From: Spirochaetota bacterium | Lineage (GTDB): Bacteria > Spirochaetota > UBA4802 > UBA5550 | Direction of reading: 5' to 3' | Assembly: GCA_963664815.2 (NCBI GenBank) | Contig: CAXXHB010000003.1 | Coordinates: 1,888,001 to 1,952,000 of the forward strand | Length of the DNA stretch: 64,000 nucleotides | Part shown: positions 52,443 to 61,907 of the stretch, one piece after another | Layout: every line of letters starts with the position of its first letter | Numbering within the stretch: the stretch's first letter is position 1 | Position numbers and translations under genes: made by a program | Notes under the pieces: model-generated | The model's input: the letters and a program-made list of their open reading frames with translations, nothing else | Database searches by the model: none | What the model was told of the DNA's origin: nothing

Positions 52443-53489
52443 CTAAATTATAAACATTGCATCACCATATGAAAAAAACCTGTATTCTTTTTTAACAGCT
52501 TCTTCATATGCTTTCATAACAAGTTCATATCCGGCAAAAGCAGCAACGAGCATAAGAAGTGTTGATTCAGGTGTATGTAAATTTGTAAATAGAGCATCTA
52601 CAGATTTAATTTCATAAGGCGGATATATAAAAATATCTGTATAACCTTCACCGGCGACATTCTTACCATTTTTAAATGTGCTTTCAAGAACGCGCAGAGA
52701 TGTTGTACCAATTGCAATAATTCTTCTGCCTGCAACTCTTGCGGAATTTATTTTTTCCGCAGAATACTTATCAAGAATAAATTTTTCCGAGTGCATTTTG
52801 TGTTTTGCAATAACGTTGTGTCTTACAGGGCTGAAGGTTCCCCATGAGACATGCAGTGTTGTAAAAATTAATTCAACTCCTTTGTCCTTAATCGAGTTTA
52901 AAACATCATCAGTAAAATGAAGCCCTGCGGTTGGTGCAGCGACAGCTCCATACTCTTTGGCATAGATAGTTTGATATCTATCAGCATCAAAACTGTAACT
53001 TTCTCGTTTAATATATGGCGGGAGTGGTACCTCTCCTATTTCAAGGAGAAATTCTTCAGTAAGTTCAATATCGGTATCAATTTCAATATATTCTCCGGAT
53101 CGACCAACAACAGTAAAAATTAAATCCTGATTCTTTAAAGGTGAGAAACAATCATTGATTTTTAATTTTTTTGATCTGTTTGAAATGACAAACCAGCGTT
53201 TTCCGGAGATTTTTTGAGTGAGAACTATTTCTAATAATGCGCCTGTTTTTTTTAAGCAATATATTCTTGCGTTGATTACTTTAGTGTTATTAAAGACAAG
53301 AATATCATCTTTATTTAAATATTCTATGAATGATTTGAAACCTGAATGTTTAAATTCTCCACTGCTTCTGTTTAGTAAAAAAAGCCTGGAATCATCTCTT
53401 GATTCAACAGGTTTCTGAGCGATTAACCTTTCCGGCAGGTTATAGTAGAAATCCTTAAGAGTATATTCTTCTTTTTGTACTTTCATCAA
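52443..53489 (-). CDS. queA: S-adenosylmethionine:tRNA ribosyltransferase-isomerase
   Basis: LIAQ.P, NNTKVI.AR, PLPPYI, YQTIYA, AAPTAGLHF, TNLH.PEST and YRFFSYGDAM motifs. Confidence 0.96.
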   Translation of the reverse strand: MMKVQKEEYTLKDFYYNLPERLIAQKPVESRDDSRLFLLNRSSGEFKHSGFKSFIEYLNKDDILVFNNTKVINARIYCLKKTGALLEIVLTQKISGKRWFVISNRSKKLKINDCFSPLKNQDLIFTVVGRSGEYIEIDTDIELTEEFLLEIGEVPLPPYIKRESYSFDADRYQTIYAKEYGAVAAPTAGLHFTDDVLNSIKDKGVELIFTTLHVSWGTFSPVRHNVIAKHKMHSEKFILDKYSAEKINSARVAGRRIIAIGTTSLRVLESTFKNGKNVAGEGYTDIFIYPPYEIKSVDALFTNLHTPESTLLMLVAAFAGYELVMKAYEEAVKKEYRFFSYGDAMFII

Positions 53490-54679
53490 TATACATGATT
53501 ATTTGAACCTTTTTTCTGTGCAAGATAATTATTGCCAAGTTTTTGAAATTTTATATTTTTATAATAACTTTTCAGGATATCATCATATTTAATCCCACTC
53601 TCTGCTCTCCCCTTTGCACCCCATTGACACATGCCAACACCATGACCCCATCCATGGCCAGAGATCAATAGTATTTTATTATCTCTTTTAGCCGTGAAAA
53701 AAGTACTTTTCAATTTCTGTGATGGAAATAACATTCTGAATTCATTACCGGAAAGCTTAATTGTGCCGTTTTTATGCATTATTGTTACTTCAACAACTCT
53801 GTCGTTACTTTTCCTGAATGTAATTTTTTGTATATTATCAATACTTTTATACTTCCGTGAAAGTATTTCTTTTATCTCGTTTAATGACAATTCTGTTTTC
53901 CATTCATAATGAGGAGAATTTTCATCGTATTTACATTCAACACTTTCAAGATAAGGTAAATCCTCCCCAGGCCAAACATCTTTATCATCAGCAGTTTTAC
54001 CACCGCTGGTTGAATGAAAATATGCAGCAATAGGTTCATAATTATATATCATTATTATACCTGATGTTTTCTGTACAGCTTCAATCGAAGATGGTGTTTC
54101 AGATGATATACCTTTATAAACCTGAAAATTTGTTGTTGAATCAAGGTCGTAAATATTTTTGTTTTTATTGTTAAGCAGATGGTAACATGAATATGTTCTT
54201 GCAGCAACTGCCTGAGCCTTTAACGCTTCTAAATGCCATGATGAAGGCATTTCTGAAGAGACAACACTGTATAGATATTCTTCAAGATTTATTATATTTA
54301 TAATATAAATTTTTCCAAGAACATTATGCAGCTCGAACTTCCCTCGATATGCGGCTTTATTCAGATAAAGAATATTTTTATCTGATTCTATTAAATAAAC
54401 ATTTTTAATTTTTTCTGGATAAAAATTTAAGCCGCCATTTTTAGACTCATATATAATTCTTGATGATTTTGTATCAATAACTCTCACACCTGAATCTGAA
54501 TTTATTTTGAAAGAATTATTTTCAGTTTTAATCAGCACTTTTATATAATTAGTACCAGTTGACATTCCCCGGTTTTTTGACCTGAGATATTTTTCCGAAG
54601 GCGTGCAGGATATCAACAGGATACCTGACAATAAAAAAACAATAAAATTTAAATATATTCTTCCCACTACTGAAACCAT
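53486..54679 (-). CDS. SpoIID/LytB-domain peptidoglycan lytic transglycosylase (probable lipoprotein)
   Basis: EEYLYSVV.SEM, ALKAQAVAARTY, QVY.G and GHGWGHGVGMCQWGA motifs. Likely start is ATG 54679 (MVSVVGR...LISC), just after the xerD stop. Confidence 0.88.
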   Translation of the reverse strand: MVSVVGRIYLNFIVFLLSGILLISCTPSEKYLRSKNRGMSTGTNYIKVLIKTENNSFKINSDSGVRVIDTKSSRIIYESKNGGLNFYPEKIKNVYLIESDKNILYLNKAAYRGKFELHNVLGKIYIINIINLEEYLYSVVSSEMPSSWHLEALKAQAVAARTYSCYHLLNNKNKNIYDLDSTTNFQVYKGISSETPSSIEAVQKTSGIIMIYNYEPIAAYFHSTSGGKTADDKDVWPGEDLPYLESVECKYDENSPHYEWKTELSLNEIKEILSRKYKSIDNIQKITFRKSNDRVVEVTIMHKNGTIKLSGNEFRMLFPSQKLKSTFFTAKRDNKILLISGHGWGHGVGMCQWGAKGRAESGIKYDDILKSYYKNIKFQKLGNNYLAQKKGSNNHVY

Positions 54680-54680
54680 T

Positions 54681-55577
54681 TTATCCTTTTGGATGATAAC
54701 TCTTATGTATCTTCTGAAGCTGCTTCTTTGCCATATGTGTATAAATCTGTGTAGTCGATATATCCATGTGACCCAGTAATTCCTGAACCGAACGAAGATC
54801 AGCACCATTCTCAATAAGGTGAGTTGCAAATGAATGTCTGAGCGTATGAGGTGTTATATTTTTCTGTATCTCTGTTCTTGTTACATAATTTTTCAAAAGA
54901 CGCCATACTGATTTTCTGTTAAGCTGGGAACCTTTTTTACTTACGAACAGGAACTCTGATTCTCTGCTACCTATAATTGCAGGCCTTGATTCTTTCTGAT
55001 ATTTTGTCAGCAGTCTTACAGATTCTTTTCCGATAGGAACCATCCTCTGTTTATTACCTTTTCCAATAACTGTAACGAACATATTTTCAAAATCGACATC
55101 TCGATTAGTAAGATCTATTGCTTCAGATATACGCAATCCACTTGAATATAAAAGCTCAAAAATTGTTTTATCACGCAATTCATAGCAGTCTTCTTCAGAT
55201 ATCGAATTGAAAAGTTTATTAAGCTCATTAACAGTTAAAAAATCGGGCAATATTTTTTCAACATGTGGTGTTTCAATTTTCTCAGTCGGATTGATAATAC
55301 TAGTATCTATATTGTCTGATATAAAATTATAAAATTGTCTTATCGCAGCCAGTGATCTTGCAAGTGTCCGTGATGAATTCTTTTTATCATTTTTCTCATA
55401 CTTGAGAAACTGCTGAATATCCTCCTGCGTTGCATCGAGAATAGTTTTACTTTTTATCTGTAGAAATTCACTGAACTTTTTCAGATCATAAGTGTAGGAA
55501 TAGATAGAGTTTTGTGAAAGGCCTTTTTCTACCTGTAGAAATTTCTTAAAACGTTTAATTGCAACTACTTCTTTCAC
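54681..55577 (-). CDS. xerD: Tyrosine recombinase XerD
   Basis: GLS.NS..SY..D, LLYSSGLRISE, GKGNKQR, TPHTLRHSFATHL and LGH....TTQIY. The R-K-H-R-H-Y set is intact; AGGAG RBS before the GTG start. Confidence 0.9.
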   Translation of the reverse strand: MKEVVAIKRFKKFLQVEKGLSQNSIYSYTYDLKKFSEFLQIKSKTILDATQEDIQQFLKYEKNDKKNSSRTLARSLAAIRQFYNFISDNIDTSIINPTEKIETPHVEKILPDFLTVNELNKLFNSISEEDCYELRDKTIFELLYSSGLRISEAIDLTNRDVDFENMFVTVIGKGNKQRMVPIGKESVRLLTKYQKESRPAIIGSRESEFLFVSKKGSQLNRKSVWRLLKNYVTRTEIQKNITPHTLRHSFATHLIENGADLRSVQELLGHMDISTTQIYTHMAKKQLQKIHKSYHPKG

Positions 55578-55903
55578 CGGGATACTCCTGTTTTTAAAAT
55601 TTCAAAGTCCAGGACATGTAATTTACAAATTTAATTTTAATTTGTAGATTCTAATTACATTATATGTATCGGTAGTGCTGAATTATGTCTTAATATGGAT
55701 ATTATTTTTTGTTACAAAAAGACATAATTTTTTTAAAATTATTGATATTTATCAATTGTTTATTGATAAATTCTTTGATTTGCATTTGAAGAATGTTGTA
55801 AAATAATATTATAAAATGTTATACAGGCTATCTGATTTTTGTTTATAACAGGTGAAAGAATAAAAGCATTTTCATTGAAATACTGTTTATTATATTTGGG
55901 ATG

Positions 55904-56629
55904 CTATTTTTTTTTCTTTGATGGTTTTTTGTGCTTAACCGGGGAATCATCAATAATTTCACCATCTTTAAAGAGTACCTTCCTGTCTGTAAATTCAGCA
56001 ACATCAGGTTCATGTGTAACCATTATAATGGAAATACCGGTCTCTTTATTCAATCTCGTAAAAAGATTCATAATTTCGACAGTATTCTTTGAATCAAGAT
56101 TACCAGTAGGTTCATCGGCAAGTATTATCGCCGGATCGTTAATAAGCGCACGAGCTATTGCAACACGCTGCTGTTCACCACCTGAAAGTTTATTGGGATG
56201 ATGATCGTACCTTCCCGATAAGCCAACCATATCAAGAAGTTCTTTGGCTCGTATAGTCAATTCTTTCGCAGTTACTCCACCTTTATAAAAAAGGGGTAGC
56301 TCAACATTTTCAATAGCGGAGGTTCTTGAGAGCAGATTGAATCCCTGAAAAACGAAACCAATCTTTCTGTTTCTTATCTCCGCTTTCTGGTCGCTGTTAA
56401 GCATTGAACAGTCTATACCCTCAAGAAGATAAGAACCTGTAGTCGGGGCATCAAGAAACCCTAAAATATTCATAAAGGTTGATTTTCCTGATCCGGATGC
56501 ACCCATAATAGAAACGAACTCACCTTCATGGAAATTAAATGTTACACCTTTTATGGCTTTTACACTCACCTCTTCACTCAGGTTGTATATCTTTACAAGG
56601 TCTTTAATTTCAATAATCTTACGGGTCAT
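55904..56629 (-). CDS. MacB/LolD-type ABC transporter ATP-binding subunit
   Basis: [38 protein letters not shown] and VTHE motifs. Confidence 0.93.
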   Translation of the reverse strand: MTRKIIEIKDLVKIYNLSEEVSVKAIKGVTFNFHEGEFVSIMGASGSGKSTFMNILGFLDAPTTGSYLLEGIDCSMLNSDQKAEIRNRKIGFVFQGFNLLSRTSAIENVELPLFYKGGVTAKELTIRAKELLDMVGLSGRYDHHPNKLSGGEQQRVAIARALINDPAIILADEPTGNLDSKNTVEIMNLFTRLNKETGISIIMVTHEPDVAEFTDRKVLFKDGEIIDDSPVKHKKPSKKKK

Positions 56630-56639
56630 ACTTCAGTCA

Positions 56640-57722
56640 CTATTTTTTTTCTTTTACACGTACAAGAATTTCATCATTCTCTTTAAGCCCACCGAGTACC
56701 TCGGTATACATGTCACCCTGAAGTCCGGTCTGTATTTCAGTTTTAACATACGATTTGCCATTGATAAGACCAGCTTTTTTCCATACAATCTTTTTTGATT
56801 GGCCGGAATCACTATCATCTTCCGGAGAAACAATAAATGCCTGGTTAAGCACCATCAATATATTTTTCTTCTCATCTATAATTACTGTTGCTGTTGCTGT
56901 CATTCCCGGCCTTAATAAAAGCTCGCTGTTGTCGCAAAGAACAGTTGCCTGATAGGTTACCAACCCACCCGCTTTGACAGGATTTATTCTTACCTGGCTT
57001 ATAGTGCCGGAAAACTTTTTATCAGGAAATGCGCTTACTGAAAATAAAACCTGCTGTCCGTTTTTGATGTATCCGATATCAGATTCATCAATACTGATGG
57101 TCAAAATCATTTTGTTAAGACTCGGAGCCAGAAGCACAAGTGGAGTTGTAACTCCTACAGGTATATTTTTTTTAACATAAATAGCGACAACGATACCGCT
57201 GATTGGAGAGTGAACTTTGGCATATTCTCTCTCCTGAACTATCATATCGTAATCAATCTTTACCTGTTTATATTTATTCAACACTGTATTATATTCAATT
57301 TCTGACAAATCCATTGCCTTTTTCGATATAAGATTGTCCTTAAAAAGATTTTTCTTTCCTTCTATATCTCTTTCGGCAGTAGTTATTTCATATCTGGCAC
57401 TCTGAAGCAGGCTTTGAGCTTTAACAATTCTCTGCTCTATTCCGGATGAATCAATTTTTATAAGCAGCTGCCCTGATGATACATTCTGGTTGAAATCGGT
57501 ATAAACATTTTCAACAATTCCACTTGTTTTACTGAGTATCGTAACCGGATTCAGAATATCAAGTTCACCTGTTACGGAAATTGTTTTCTTTACCGTCCCT
57601 TTTGTAACTTTTTCATAAATAAGTTCCTTGGTGCTGCTTTTCCCGCACCCCCTGTTGATTATAATAAATATAATTACTAAAACAGATAACAATATAATAG
57701 TTTTTAATCCTGGTCTTTGCAT
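56640..57722 (-). CDS. MacA-like periplasmic adaptor (membrane fusion protein)
   Basis: TM, lipoyl halves (SG.VE.VY.DFN, SPISG), alpha hairpin, IDESDI, V.F.VSAFP and LRPGMTA. Confidence 0.9.
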   Translation of the reverse strand: MQRPGLKTIILLSVLVIIFIIINRGCGKSSTKELIYEKVTKGTVKKTISVTGELDILNPVTILSKTSGIVENVYTDFNQNVSSGQLLIKIDSSGIEQRIVKAQSLLQSARYEITTAERDIEGKKNLFKDNLISKKAMDLSEIEYNTVLNKYKQVKIDYDMIVQEREYAKVHSPISGIVVAIYVKKNIPVGVTTPLVLLAPSLNKMILTISIDESDIGYIKNGQQVLFSVSAFPDKKFSGTISQVRINPVKAGGLVTYQATVLCDNSELLLRPGMTATATVIIDEKKNILMVLNQAFIVSPEDDSDSGQSKKIVWKKAGLINGKSYVKTEIQTGLQGDMYTEVLGGLKENDEILVRVKEKK

Positions 57723-59044
57723 AAAGCATTCTCTCCAACACCTATAATTCCGCTCAATTTTGCCAGAGTCAATAAATAACCGTATTTTGCTTCGAGAAAA
57801 CCGATATCCGCATTTATAACGCTTAATTCGGCATCCTGCAGTTCAAGCTGAGATCCGCCTCCGTTCTCATAACTTCTCTGTGCCAGCAGAAGGTGCCTCT
57901 GGGCATTTTTTGTGATAAGGTGAGATATTTCAATCTGCTTTTTTATCTCTTCAATACTTTTAAAGCTATCCCTGATCTTGTTTTTTGTTTCAATTATAAG
58001 TTCCTTTTCTTTATATGTGATTTTATTAAAATCAGTTACTGCAGAATCGACTGAAGCGGATATTCTCCCACCTGTATAAATTGGTAATGCGGCTACTATC
58101 AACCCGTAAAAAGTAGGAGTCCAGTTCTTGAAATTTAAATTTTCAGATGCCTGAGCTGTGCCATATATTTTTTCCTCTGAATATCCGAAGCCAAGAGAAA
58201 GATCAACCGTTGGATAATGCAAAGCATCACATTGGGACACCTGCAATCTGGCAGTTCTTTTTTGCAGTGTTATTATTCTTATCTGAGGACTATATACCTC
58301 AGCCATTTTATATAATTCATCGAGAGAACATTTAATTTCAGGTAATGTATCGATATCTTTGGGATTTATGGATAAAGATTCTGTCTCTTCAAGCCCCATT
58401 GAATGGAAAAGGCTGAGTTTGGTTTTTCTCTCATCGTTTCTTGCTTTTTCAAGTTGAAGCTGTGAATCGGCCACATCAACTTCAGCTTTACTCACATCAA
58501 GTATCGGCCTTGAACCCTGCTCAAATAGCTGCTTTGCGAGATCGGATTTTTTTTTATATTTCTTATTTATCTCTTCCCTTATAATCAATATATTTTTTGA
58601 AAGAAGATACCCGTAATATGAATTTTTAACTTCCAGTATAATATTGTTTTTAGTTTCCTGGTTTTTTAACTTTGAAATATCAAGACCGGTTTTGGCAGAT
58701 TCCTCAACATATTCTTTCTTTGCATCATAGAGATTGTATGATATGGTTATGCCTGCAAAAAGGCCAATATCCGTATCTTTACCCGGTATTTTAACTTTTG
58801 AATTTGTTGCCGTACTTTCTTTATCAGTTTGAATAGTCTGGAGTTGACCGTTAACAATGATACTTCTCTGTGATTTGGCAATACGGTAATCAGCCGCACT
58901 TTTTTTGTTGTCTTCAATCGAGAGAAAAATATCTGGATGATTCTGGAGTGCAATATTAATGCATTCGTCAAGATTAACATTACGCTCTTCCGGGAAAGAA
59001 ATTGCCGGTATTAAAAGGATGAAAATAAGAAAGATTTTTTTCAT
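57704..59044 (-). CDS. TolC-family outer-membrane efflux protein
   Basis: Signal peptide from ATG 59044 (MKKIFLIF), LDECINIALQNHP, YPTVDL, PIYTGG and YENG...LEL.DA motifs. Confidence 0.9.
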   Translation of the reverse strand: MKKIFLIFILLIPAISFPEERNVNLDECINIALQNHPDIFLSIEDNKKSAADYRIAKSQRSIIVNGQLQTIQTDKESTATNSKVKIPGKDTDIGLFAGITISYNLYDAKKEYVEESAKTGLDISKLKNQETKNNIILEVKNSYYGYLLSKNILIIREEINKKYKKKSDLAKQLFEQGSRPILDVSKAEVDVADSQLQLEKARNDERKTKLSLFHSMGLEETESLSINPKDIDTLPEIKCSLDELYKMAEVYSPQIRIITLQKRTARLQVSQCDALHYPTVDLSLGFGYSEEKIYGTAQASENLNFKNWTPTFYGLIVAALPIYTGGRISASVDSAVTDFNKITYKEKELIIETKNKIRDSFKSIEEIKKQIEISHLITKNAQRHLLLAQRSYENGGGSQLELQDAELSVINADIGFLEAKYGYLLTLAKLSGIIGVGENALCKDQD

Positions 59045-59463
59045 GAAAAATATATAATCCCATCTATATAAATAAAAAATAAATAAAAAATGCATTAAAA
59101 ACTATATTCAGTTATAATACCCGGATAAAAAATGTTTATAAAAAGATTATTTTTACCCGCTGATTACAACAGGAAAATCAAAACTTTTTTATAATAAAAA
59201 CCAGGGATTTAATGCTGTGCAATATTATTAATTAAAATATACTATATATGTCAAGACAATAAAAGTGTATGATTATTTCATCACATCCGAGAATACTCAT
59301 TTTACTGCTTTACTATTTGAACGCTTTTATCTTCATAAAGGTAAAACAATAAAAACTTTATAAACAGATTATTATTTAAGAATATTTAAGAATACATGTA
59401 GAGTCATTAAAAAATCAGAACTGTTACATTAAAAAAATAAAAAAAATAATTATTAAAAAAACA

Positions 59464-59492
59464 TTGACAGTTAAATTATATAAAAATATTAG
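59464..59492 (+). promoter_or_regulatory. Putative sigma70 promoter of the tRNA pair (TTGACA-N17-TATTAG)
   Basis: Perfect -35 at 59464-59469 and a -10-like box 15 bp before tRNA-Thr. Confidence 0.55.
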
Positions 59493-59507
59493 TTACATCG
59501 TTGTTTT

Positions 59508-59580
59508 GCTAGCGTAGCTCAATCGGTAGAGCAGCTGATTTGTAATCAGCTTGTTGGGGGTTCAATTCCTCTCGCTAGCT
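59508..59580 (+). tRNA. tRNA-Thr(TGT)
   Basis: Acceptor stem GCTAGCG/CGCTAGC, D arm GCTC/GAGC, anticodon arm GCTGA-TTTGTAA-TCAGC, T loop TTCAATT. CCA is not encoded. Confidence 0.96.
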
Positions 59581-59585
59581 AACAT

Positions 59586-59667
59586 GGTGAGGTTCCCGAG
59601 CGGCCAAAGGGAACAGACTGTAAATCTGTCGTCAACGACTTCGAAGGTTCGAATCCTTCCCTCACCA
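59586..59667 (+). tRNA. tRNA-Tyr(GTA)
   Basis: Acceptor stem GGTGAGG/CCTCACC, anticodon arm ACAGA-CTGTAAA-TCTGT, long variable arm GTC-AAC-GAC, T arm GAAGG-TTCGAAT-CCTTC. Confidence 0.97.
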
Positions 59668-59698
59668 AAAAGTCCTGATTTAATCAGGACTTTTTTTT
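59667..59698 (+). terminator. Rho-independent terminator after tRNA-Tyr
   Basis: AAAAAGTCCTGAT-TTA-ATCAGGACTTTTTTTT perfect hairpin with T-tract. Confidence 0.9.
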
Positions 59699-59766
59699 AT
59701 TAATTTTAAATTGTTCTTCTATTTAAATTAAATACTAAAATGAATAATTGTTTTTAAACGAAAAGT

Positions 59767-60189
59767 ATGAAAAGAAAAACTGTTATAAAAACAATAACAT
59801 TGATTATCGTGCTGATTGCTTATATTATTATAAGGGCCGATGCATGGAGTCTGCTTCTTTTTTCAAAGAATACATCGGGACGGATTGTAAAGGTTGATAA
59901 AATAATTTATGATCCTCACACAACGACATTGAAGGCTAAGGTCGGATATACCTTCAGTAATGAAGAGGGAAAAGTCTATAGTGGTTCCGGAGACCGGGTA
60001 TTTATGGAGGGAGAAAATACAAGTAATCTTACATGGTTGTTAAATACCGGTATTGAAATTGTCTACTTAATAAACGATCCTGAAATTAACGGGATCAGCG
60101 GGTGTGAGTATGCAGTTCTTTTTCCGCTGATACTTATACCTTTTGTAATTGCTATGGAATTATTCATTCCCAGTCATTCACGTTCATAA
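59767..60189 (+). CDS. DUF3592-like membrane protein
   Basis: TM, then G.IV....V.Y.F...G..Y....I.Y...DP beta domain, then a second TM. Confidence 0.6.
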   Translation: MKRKTVIKTITLIIVLIAYIIIRADAWSLLLFSKNTSGRIVKVDKIIYDPHTTTLKAKVGYTFSNEEGKVYSGSGDRVFMEGENTSNLTWLLNTGIEIVYLINDPEINGISGCEYAVLFPLILIPFVIAMELFIPSHSRS

Positions 60190-60255
60190 AATAAAAAATT
60201 TTATAACGTTAAGGCAGAGTAATCCTGTCTATATTAAATTATATTTCAATCATTC

Positions 60256-60283
60256 TTGACAAAAAATAACCTGCACATATCAG
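60256..60283 (+). promoter_or_regulatory. Putative sigma70 promoter of the cytochrome/MetVF cluster
   Basis: TTGACA at 60256-60261, TATCAG 16 bp downstream, and a GGAG RBS before ATG 60324. Confidence 0.4.
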
Positions 60284-60323
60284 TTAATATCAGATTTTCA
60301 GAATCACTCCGGAGAAATAATTA

Positions 60324-61025
60324 ATGCATCTTCCAGTCTTCGATCTTTTTGATTTTTTAAGAGGCCCGGGATTTATTATTTCAGTCACCGTTTTTTTTTC
60401 AGGATTATTCTGGCGTACAATTTTAATGATTCGGGCTACTCACAATTTAGAAAGAAACAGAATTTTGACTGGGAATACTGTTCCTGATCTGTATATATCG
60501 GCAAATACAGATTCTAAAAAAAAGTTACCGTCTTTAATCGGAATTAAAATGAGAAATACAATTTTCTTCTCACACCCAATTATGGGTGTAGTCAGCCTTA
60601 TTTTTCACTTATTGCTCTTCATAACTCCCCTGTTTCTCTCTGCGCATAACATCATTGCAGATATGACAATAGGTTTCAGCCTATCCACATTACCCGAACA
60701 ACTGACTGATATTTTTACTGTAATACTTATTGCTGCCTGTGGATTTTTTATGGCAAGACGGATTTTAATTTCTCAAGTGAGAATTATTACCACTCTTCGT
60801 GATTACCTTATTCTTTTTATTGTTATGATGCCGTTAATTAGCGGATTTATGGCATATCATCATTTTTTTAATTATCGCATTATTGTTTATGCCCATATGA
60901 TAATAGGAGAAACGGCTATTATTGTAGCCCCATTTACAAGTCTTGCTCATATGCCGTTTGCTATCTTTTCTCGATTTTTTATTGATGGAGAATATACATT
61001 TTTATCAGGAAGTCGAAGATGGTAA
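60324..61025 (+). CDS. NarI/HmcE/DsrM-family membrane diheme cytochrome b subunit
   Basis: About five TMs, N-terminal F.RGP, and candidate heme-b His ligands in IFH...L.AH and YAH.I.GE...PFTSLAH. Also RR.....R..T...DY and SGFMA. Confidence 0.85.
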   Translation: MHLPVFDLFDFLRGPGFIISVTVFFSGLFWRTILMIRATHNLERNRILTGNTVPDLYISANTDSKKKLPSLIGIKMRNTIFFSHPIMGVVSLIFHLLLFITPLFLSAHNIIADMTIGFSLSTLPEQLTDIFTVILIAACGFFMARRILISQVRIITTLRDYLILFIVMMPLISGFMAYHHFFNYRIIVYAHMIIGETAIIVAPFTSLAHMPFAIFSRFFIDGEYTFLSGSRRW

Positions 61026-61092
61026 AATGTATACGTCAGCTTAGTTAAGCCGGAAACTCCATTTTACAGAGACATATAACAGGATAAACATA

Positions 61093-61512
61093 ATGAAAAT
61101 AATGAACAGAATGGACAGGATAAATAAAGATAATACCGAAAAAAACATGATAAAAATGATAATTGATAAGAAAAAAGATATGATAAAATTATCCATGTCG
61201 GCATGTATTCATTGCTCAATCTGTTCAGATAGCTGTTTTAAATATACTTCAAACAGGAAAGATCCGACTTATACCCCATCTTATAAAGCTATTAATTCAA
61301 TTGGTCGTATATATAATAAAAATGGAAAATTGTCTGATGAAGAATACCTTGAGATCAGCGATTTAATCTGGAATAAATGTGTTCTATGCATGAGGTGTTA
61401 CTGTCCTCTCGGAATAAATATACCATCGCTGATTGCAACTGCGCGAAACATATGCAGAGAAAAGGGATTTTACCGCAAATATGACAATTTTGAGGATATT
61501 TCCGGTTTATGA
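61093..61512 (+). CDS. 4Fe-4S dicluster protein (HdrC / HmcF / TmcB N-terminal type)
   Basis: CIHCSICSDSC and CVLCMRCYCPLGINIP motifs; no CCG domain. Confidence 0.85.
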   Translation: MKIMNRMDRINKDNTEKNMIKMIIDKKKDMIKLSMSACIHCSICSDSCFKYTSNRKDPTYTPSYKAINSIGRIYNKNGKLSDEEYLEISDLIWNKCVLCMRCYCPLGINIPSLIATARNICREKGFYRKYDNFEDISGL

Positions 61513-61889
61513 AAAAATACGATATAATATTTATAATTTTTTTACTTATATTACCGGTATTACTTATTGCACAGGTTGAGGTTTTAATCATTGATAATCC
61601 CCTCTTTAAATCCCGAAGCCGCTCACCGGTGAAATTTAATCACTTCAGGCATATGTCTATAGATGGTGCTGCCTGTACTGACTGTCATCACAGGTACGAA
61701 AAAGGCCGAAACATCCTTGACATTGCGGAACTGACTAATGAAAACAGATCGGTTTACTGCAGCAGCTGTCATTCGAAGGCATCAGATCTTGAAAAGGCAT
61801 ACCACCGATTATGCATAAAGTGTCATGAATCAGCTGTTAAAAATAAAAAAACAGCCGGACCCAGACTCTGCGGTGAATGCCATGAATAA
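61509..61889 (+). CDS. Secreted tetraheme cytochrome c3 (class III)
   Basis: Signal peptide, four CxxCH motifs (CTDCH, CSSCH, CIKCH, CGECH), distal His ligands (FNHFRH, CHH, AYH), and GP before the last heme. Confidence 0.92.
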   Translation: MKKYDIIFIIFLLILPVLLIAQVEVLIIDNPLFKSRSRSPVKFNHFRHMSIDGAACTDCHHRYEKGRNILDIAELTNENRSVYCSSCHSKASDLEKAYHRLCIKCHESAVKNKKTAGPRLCGECHE

Positions 61890-61907
61890 ATTTTTCCGGA
61901 GAAATCT

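Noticed and set aside
54680-54829. N-terminal 50-aa extension of the SpoIID ORF overlapping xerD
   Set aside because: It lies inside the xerD catalytic region. ATG 54679 gives a proper signal peptide right after the xerD stop.
54681-55577. Tyrosine recombinase as a prophage or island integrase
   Set aside because: Size, motifs and housekeeping context fit chromosomal XerD; no phage or att features are nearby.
55578-55903. dif site near xerD
   Set aside because: Only a TTATGT core is present; there is no 28-bp XerC-6bp-XerD arrangement.
55839-56201. Other short ORFs in the track that overlap assigned genes on the opposite strand (this one as an example)
   Set aside because: Antisense shadows of conserved genes with no independent coding evidence.
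61079-61124. 10-bp direct repeat ACAGGATAAA around the Fe-S gene start
   Set aside because: Too short and A-rich to support a duplication or target-site claim.
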